Positions 58,878 to 64,000 of a stretch of DNA of 64,000 nt are shown piece by piece. The notes under the pieces were generated by a model, which was given only the letters and a program-made list of their open reading frames with translations, had not been told where the DNA came from and ran no database searches. This stretch comes from Longimicrobiales bacterium (GTDB taxonomy: Bacteria; Gemmatimonadota; Gemmatimonadetes; Longimicrobiales; Gaopeijiaceae), in the NCBI GenBank assembly GCA_965238005.1, contig OZ250165.1:4608001-4672000 (forward strand). The letters are read 5' to 3'. The translations under genes and the position numbers were made by a program. Each line of letters opens with the position of its first letter. The first letter of the stretch is position 1.

Positions 58878-59387
58878 ATGCCCGTCTCGTACGAAAACTC
58901 CAAGATCATCTTCGAAGGCATCAAGGACGCCGGCATCAAGTCGATATCGGCCCTCCCGGAGACCTGGCTGGGCCTCCTCTTGCAGCGAGCCGAGGACGAC
59001 CCGGATGTCGAGCTCATCCAGGTGGCCAAGGAGGAGGAGGCCATCGGCATCGCAGGCGGCGCCTACTTCGCCGGAGAGCCCCATGTGCTTCTCATGCAAA
59101 ACCACGGCTTCTTGGCAGCCATCAACGGGGTGGTGTCTCTCGCGCAGCTCTACGGCATCCCTCTCTGCATGCTCATCGCCCTGCGGGGCCACTGGGGCGA
59201 GCCCTATCCCTGGCACACACGGGGCGGAATCATCACCGAAGAGGTGCTGCGGGCGTTGAGCATCCCGTTCGAGTACGCTCGGGACCCCACCAAGGTCGGC
59301 AAACAGATCCACGAGGCGTACACGTTCTCTCAGAGCTCCCTCTCGCCCGTCGCGCTGCTCCTTACGCGTGACCTGATGGAGGATTAG
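58878..59387 (+). CDS. Sulfopyruvate/phosphonopyruvate decarboxylase alpha subunit (ComD-like)
   Basis: LPETWL, KEEEAIGIAGGA, LMQNHG, IALRG; GGAGG RBS. Confidence 0.85.
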   Translation: MPVSYENSKIIFEGIKDAGIKSISALPETWLGLLLQRAEDDPDVELIQVAKEEEAIGIAGGAYFAGEPHVLLMQNHGFLAAINGVVSLAQLYGIPLCMLIALRGHWGEPYPWHTRGGIITEEVLRALSIPFEYARDPTKVGKQIHEAYTFSQSSLSPVALLLTRDLMED

Positions 59388-59569
59388 TGTCCCGTTACCA
59401 AAATGTCTCGGCCAGTCGAGGGCGTGGTGCATCCGTGGGCTCGACGTTGGAGCTCCTTGCGACCACGCTTCGCGCCGTGCCCGCTAAGGCTACGCCGCGT
59501 CGTCCCACCTTGATCCCACAGCGCCCCGACCCTCTTGGTGGCTCGCGAACTTCGGAAACGGAACACTAG
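59384..59569. mobile_element. 186-bp MITE-like element (long form) between the comD-like and comE-like genes
   Basis: TAGTGTCCCGTTACC...GGAAACGGAACACTA ends; arms nearly identical to 60-152, plus a 93-bp internal segment (59436-59528). Confidence 0.88.
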
Positions 59570-59573
59570 GCCG

Positions 59574-60155
59574 ATGGAGCGCGCACAGTGCATCGAGGTC
59601 ATCTACCCCGAGCTCGAAGACAAGCTGGTCGTCACCATCATGGGCGCTTGCGCCCAGGAGCTCTACAACCTGGGCCACCGGGAGAACTTCTTCTACCTGC
59701 AGCACGCCATGGGCCTGGCGTCGTCCATCGGCCTGGGGCTCGCCATGCACCTGCCTGAGGAGTGTGTGGTCGTGATGGACGGAGATGGCTCGGTTCTCAT
59801 GAACCTGGGGACGCTCACGACCCTGGCCCGCTACCGCCCGAAGAACCTCATCCACATCATCTTCGACAACGGTAGCTTGCTCTCGACGGGCGGCTTCGAC
59901 TCCCAGACCACATCGGGCATCACAGACCTGGCTCAGATCGCCAAGGGGGCGGGAGTCGAGTACGTGGCCACGGCCGAGACGCCGCTCCAGTTCGGGGAGG
60001 CGGTCTTGGAAGCCTTCGAGCGGGACGAACTGAGCGTCATCGTGGCGAAGGTGCTGGCGGTGGGACCCGACGAATACGGGATGGACCTGGAGCTGCCCGA
60101 GAACGCCTTCCGCTTCAGGCGCCACATACGGGAAAGGAAGCAGGCAGCCGGCTAA
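59574..60155 (+). CDS. TPP-binding decarboxylase beta subunit (ComE-like)
   Basis: NFFYLQHAMGLASSIGLG and the GDGSVLMN...FDN TPP motif. Confidence 0.88.
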   Translation: MERAQCIEVIYPELEDKLVVTIMGACAQELYNLGHRENFFYLQHAMGLASSIGLGLAMHLPEECVVVMDGDGSVLMNLGTLTTLARYRPKNLIHIIFDNGSLLSTGGFDSQTTSGITDLAQIAKGAGVEYVATAETPLQFGEAVLEAFERDELSVIVAKVLAVGPDEYGMDLELPENAFRFRRHIRERKQAAG

Positions 60156-61837
60156 TGTTCCGTTTCACGCCACCCGCCACCGCACTACTGCTCATCGCAT
60201 CGCTTTCCGCATGCTCGGGGGGCCCCGATAGCGGGAGATCGGAAGCCGGCGAGCCCTTCGACATCCTGATCCTCGACGCCAGGATCGTCGACGGAGGGGG
60301 CAACCCCTGGTTCCGCGGCGACGTGGGCATACGAGGGGACCGGATCGTGGAGGTGGGGCACCTGGACGGTCGGGAGACCCACCGCACCATCGACGCGGCG
60401 GACCGGGTGTTGAGCCCGGGCTTCATCGACATGATGGGCCAGTCCAGCCAGGTGCTGGTCACCAACCCTCCGAGCGCCGAGAGCAAGCTGCGCCAGGGGA
60501 TCACGACCTACCTCTCCGGTGAAGGCGGCTCCCCCGCCCCTCAGAGCGAGGCGACGCTCTCCAACCCACCCGTAGTGGACGGCGACACGCTCCGCTGGCA
60601 GACGTATGCGGAGTACTTCGCGATCCTCGAGGGCTTCGGCATCCCCATCAACGTGGTCCACGACGTGGGCCTGACCCAGGTGCGACGGGTCGTGCTGGGA
60701 GAGGGGGACGTCCGGCCGGACCTGGCCGAGATCGAGGAGATGAAGGCCCTGGTACGGCAGGCCATGGAGGACGGCGCCGTGGGCGTCTCGACGTCCTTGA
60801 TCTACCCTCCGGCGGTCTACGCCCGCACCGACGAGCTCATCGAGCTGGCCCGGGTGGCGGGGGAGTACGGCGGCGTCTACTTCACACACATGCGTAACGA
60901 GAGCCACGCGGTCCTCGACGCCATCCACGAAGCCCTGGAGATCGGAGAGGGCGCCGGGGTCCCGGTCCACATCTACCACCTGAAGGCCGCCGGCCAGGAG
61001 AACTGGCCGCTCATGGCCGAGGCCATCGCACTGATCGACTCGGCGCGCACAGCCGGGATGGACGTCACCGCCGACATCTACCCGTACATACGGAACGGCA
61101 TCGGCCTGGGCTCGTTCCTGCACCCCAAGCACTACGCGGAGGGGACGGGAGCTTTCCTGGCCACCCTGGACGACCCGGAGGTGCGCCAGGCCTTGCGGCA
61201 GGAGGTGGAGTCCACGGCCGACTGGGAGAACTGGTACCGGCATGTGGGGATGGAGTGGGACAACGTCCTCATCGTGTCGGCTCCGGAGTCCATTGAACAG
61301 CGGGTCATCGGCCAGTCCGTGGCGGGAGCTGCGGCCGTTCTCGGCACCGATCCGTGGAGCGCCTTCTTCGACCTGGTGAAGGCGCGAGGGGTCAGCGTGA
61401 ACCCCAGGAGCATGAACGAGGAGCAGAAGTGGCAGGCGCTCCGCGCCGAGTGGGTGATGATCGATACCGACGCGTCGCCCGTGAACCCGGCCACCAGCGC
61501 CAGCTCCCATCCCCGGGCCTTCGGTGCGTTTCCACGGGTGATCGCCAAGTACGTGCGCGAGGATCGGGTGATCACCCTGGAGGATGCGGTGCGGCGCATG
61601 ACGTCGCTGGCCGCACACCGTCTCGGGCTCCATGACCGGGGCCTCGTCGCCCCCGGGATGGCCGCCGACCTGCTGATCTTCGACCCCGAGGAGGTGAGGG
61701 ACAGGGCCGACTTCGGTGACCCCATGCAGTATGCCGAGGGAATGGACTATGTGCTGGTGAACGGGGTCCCGGTGATCGACGACGGGATCCTGCGAGACGC
61801 GCGCCCAGGTAGGCTCCTGCGACGCGCCGGATCTTGA
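60155..61837 (+). CDS. N-acyl-D-amino-acid deacylase family amidohydrolase, lipoprotein
   Basis: Lipobox LSAC; PGFID, HMRNE, HIYHLK, TADIYPY, HPRAFGAFPR, GMAADLLIFDP. Confidence 0.92.
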   Translation: MFRFTPPATALLLIASLSACSGGPDSGRSEAGEPFDILILDARIVDGGGNPWFRGDVGIRGDRIVEVGHLDGRETHRTIDAADRVLSPGFIDMMGQSSQVLVTNPPSAESKLRQGITTYLSGEGGSPAPQSEATLSNPPVVDGDTLRWQTYAEYFAILEGFGIPINVVHDVGLTQVRRVVLGEGDVRPDLAEIEEMKALVRQAMEDGAVGVSTSLIYPPAVYARTDELIELARVAGEYGGVYFTHMRNESHAVLDAIHEALEIGEGAGVPVHIYHLKAAGQENWPLMAEAIALIDSARTAGMDVTADIYPYIRNGIGLGSFLHPKHYAEGTGAFLATLDDPEVRQALRQEVESTADWENWYRHVGMEWDNVLIVSAPESIEQRVIGQSVAGAAAVLGTDPWSAFFDLVKARGVSVNPRSMNEEQKWQALRAEWVMIDTDASPVNPATSASSHPRAFGAFPRVIAKYVREDRVITLEDAVRRMTSLAAHRLGLHDRGLVAPGMAADLLIFDPEEVRDRADFGDPMQYAEGMDYVLVNGVPVIDDGILRDARPGRLLRRAGS

Positions 61838-61898
61838 TCCTGCGAGACGCGCGCCCAGGTAGGCTCCTGCGACGCGCCGGATCTTGATCCTGCGAGAC
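61786..61898. repeat. Exact 50-bp tandem duplication spanning a stop/start overlap
   Basis: GATCCTGCGAGAC at 61786, 61836 and 61886; two identical 50-bp units. Confidence 0.95.
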
Positions 61899-62614
61899 TG
61901 GCTGGACCGCTTCTTCGCGTCCTACTACGTCCACCGACCGGTCAGCGCCACTTTCATCGGGGTCCAGGAACATGATCACCGGCTGCCGGACTTCTCGGAG
62001 AACGGTGCCGGTGACGCCCTGGCCGATATGGAGGGGTTGCTGAGGGAGTCGGCGGGCCTCCACGTCGGTCCGGACGGCACCCACGAAACCGTCGACAAGC
62101 GCCTCGCCGAGGGCTTCCTGCGCATCCAGATCTGGGAGCACGGATCGGACCACTTCCACCGCGGCAACCCGAGCCTGTATACGGGCGAGGCCATCTTCGG
62201 CCTCCTGTCGCTCTTCCTCACCGACTTCGCGCCCGTGTCGGAGCGGGCCGAGGCCGCAACGGCGCGGATGGAGGGCGGCGCGGCGCTCCTGGAGCAGGGA
62301 CGGGAGAACGTACGGCGCGCCCCAGCGGACTGGACAGCGAGGGCCATCCGGGAGTGCGAGGGGGCACTCGCCTTCCTAACCGAGGGGATCGACCTCCTCG
62401 CCGCCGAGAAGCAGATCACGACGCCCGGCTTCAGGACCGCGGCGGCGCGCGCCGCGAAAGCCTTCAGCGAGTTCGAGACCCACCTGGAGAGGGAGCTGCT
62501 CACACAGACCACCACTGCCTCCGGGGCTTCCACGACGAGTTCCTGTCGTACGGCTCCATCCCCGTGTCTGTGATCGGAGCGGACATGAGAGGTCAAGACG
62601 ACCATGCCGCGTGA
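61884..62614 (+). pseudogene. DUF885 family gene with a large internal deletion
   Basis: The N-terminus (PVSATFIG..HDHRLPDFS) breaks near 62518. The DUF885 C-terminal motif LRGFHDEFLSYGSIPV follows in another frame. Confidence 0.8.
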
Positions 62615-64000
62615 GCGCGGGAGCCTGACCGCAGCTCTCCTTCTGACGCTGATCGCCAGTGGCTGCGACTCCGATGGCTCGGGAGCCCCCGGCACGGCCG
62701 ACGCCGGGACGGGATCGGACGAGGGGGGCCGGAAGATCCTGCGCATCGCATACAACCGCGAGATCGACGTCCTGAACGCCTTCACCAGCCAGATGCTCGT
62801 GGACATCCACTTCAGTATGGTCGAGGGCCTCATCACCACGGACGAGAACAACGTCTACATCCCGGTCCTGGCCAGGGAGATCCCTACCGAAGAGAACGGT
62901 CTCGTCGTCAGGAACGAGGACGGCACCGTCGACATGACGTGGGAGCTGCACGAGGGCGTGCGCTGGCACGACGGTCAGCCGCTCACCAGCGATGACGTGT
63001 GTTTCACCTGGCGGTTCGTGTCAAGCGAGGGTTCGGCCGTGTACAACCGGGGCCTGTACCTCGCAATCGTCGACTGTCTCATGCCCGACGACCACACGGT
63101 CGTCCTCAGATGGGACGGTGTCCGCGGATACTACGCCGGCCTCTTCGAGGCCATCCTCCCCGAGCACGTCCTGGGACACATGACGACTGAGGAGATCGTC
63201 AACTACGTGCCCTTCAACCGCGGAGACGAGCTGATCGGCACCGGACCCTTCAAGTTCGCGGAGTGGAAGGCCGGGGAGTATATCCGGGTGGTGCGCAACG
63301 ACGACTACTGGAGGGGGCCGGACTACCCCCGTATCGACGAGGTCGTGTGGGCCTTCATCCCTAACTCCAACACCCGACTGAACGCCATGAAGGCGGGCCA
63401 GTATCACTACGGCCAGGTCGACCCGGTACAGGTGAGCGAAGTCTCCGAGCTGGAGGGCTACGACGTCCATCTCATCAGCTCCAACGGGTTCATGCACTTC
63501 GACGTCTCCCTGAACACGGGGCGCAGCCGCGCCCTGTTCGGCGACGCCGACGTGCGGAGGGCCATGGCCCACGCCATCGACCGCCGAGCCATAGCGGAGC
63601 AGCTGATGCAGGGGACGGTCACCATCGCCACCACGCCCCTCAACCCCACGAGCCCCTACCACAACGCCTCCGTCGTGGGACGCGAGTACGACCCGGAGCG
63701 CGCGAGGCAGATCCTGGACGAGGCCGGCTGGGTCGTGGGCCCCGACGGCGTCCGGATGAAGGAGGGGCTCCGGTGCTCGTTCGAGATCATGAATCGGGCG
63801 GGCAGCGCCGATCGCATCGCCATCGCCCAGGTCATCCAGGCGCAGCTCAAGGACGTCGGGATCGAGGTGGCGTTCGAGACCCTGGAGAGCGCGGCCTGGA
63901 CCCAGACGTGGCGCAGCAGCGACTGGGAGGGGCTCGTCAGTGCGTGGTTCCTTCCCGCCGACCCCACCCTGACCGGCCTCTACGCCTGCGATGGTTCCAA
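62604..64000 (+). CDS. Peptide/nickel ABC transporter substrate-binding lipoprotein (family 5), runs off the window
   Basis: Translated by hand (absent from the ORF track): lipobox IASGC, GVRWHDGQPLTSDDVCFTW, IGTGPFKF, DVRRAMAHAIDR, IQAQLKDVGIE. Confidence 0.9.
   Translation, partial: MPRERGSLTAALLLTLIASGCDSDGSGAPGTADAGTGSDEGGRKILRIAYNREIDVLNAFTSQMLVDIHFSMVEGLITTDENNVYIPVLAREIPTEENGLVVRNEDGTVDMTWELHEGVRWHDGQPLTSDDVCFTWRFVSSEGSAVYNRGLYLAIVDCLMPDDHTVVLRWDGVRGYYAGLFEAILPEHVLGHMTTEEIVNYVPFNRGDELIGTGPFKFAEWKAGEYIRVVRNDDYWRGPDYPRIDEVVWAFIPNSNTRLNAMKAGQYHYGQVDPVQVSEVSELEGYDVHLISSNGFMHFDVSLNTGRSRALFGDADVRRAMAHAIDRRAIAEQLMQGTVTIATTPLNPTSPYHNASVVGREYDPERARQILDEAGWVVGPDGVRMKEGLRCSFEIMNRAGSADRIAIAQVIQAQLKDVGIEVAFETLESAAWTQTWRSSDWEGLVSAWFLPADPTLTGLYACDGS

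Overview
This is a high-GC bacterial chromosomal segment (roughly two-thirds GC by eye). Its gene content (PadR with an ADOP-type permease, DUF1592/DUF1552, DUF4159, many exported peptidases) suggests Gemmatimonadota or a similar lineage; that assignment is inference. In order, the window holds: a Tat-exported two-domain multicopper oxidase and ZIP transporter operon behind a DtxR/MntR-type operator; convergent hemY and hemH; a 9-gene, ~15.6 kb MoxR-vWA-DUF58-DUF4159 operon; an intact IS481-family element between two truncated genes; peptidases; a broken Ig-like/Gly-rich surface protein gene; padR; a type III PKS with a methyltransferase; a PQQ dehydrogenase; phosphatases; a beta-propeller and diheme cytochrome c pair; a DUF1592-DUF1552-ankyrin operon; an IS91 relic next to a more AT-rich panG-like/panB/panC block; marR-dinB; comD/comE-like genes; a D-aminoacylase; and the start of an ABC peptide-binding protein gene. 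Notable non-genic structure includes three miniature inverted-repeat elements sitting on stop codons (two share termini, two share an internal core) and a TACGTAT pair with 23-24 bp spacing at three promoter regions. Many genes keep both ends but have lost their middle. No rRNA, tRNA or CRISPR array was seen. Family names come from motif recognition only; no database searches were run.
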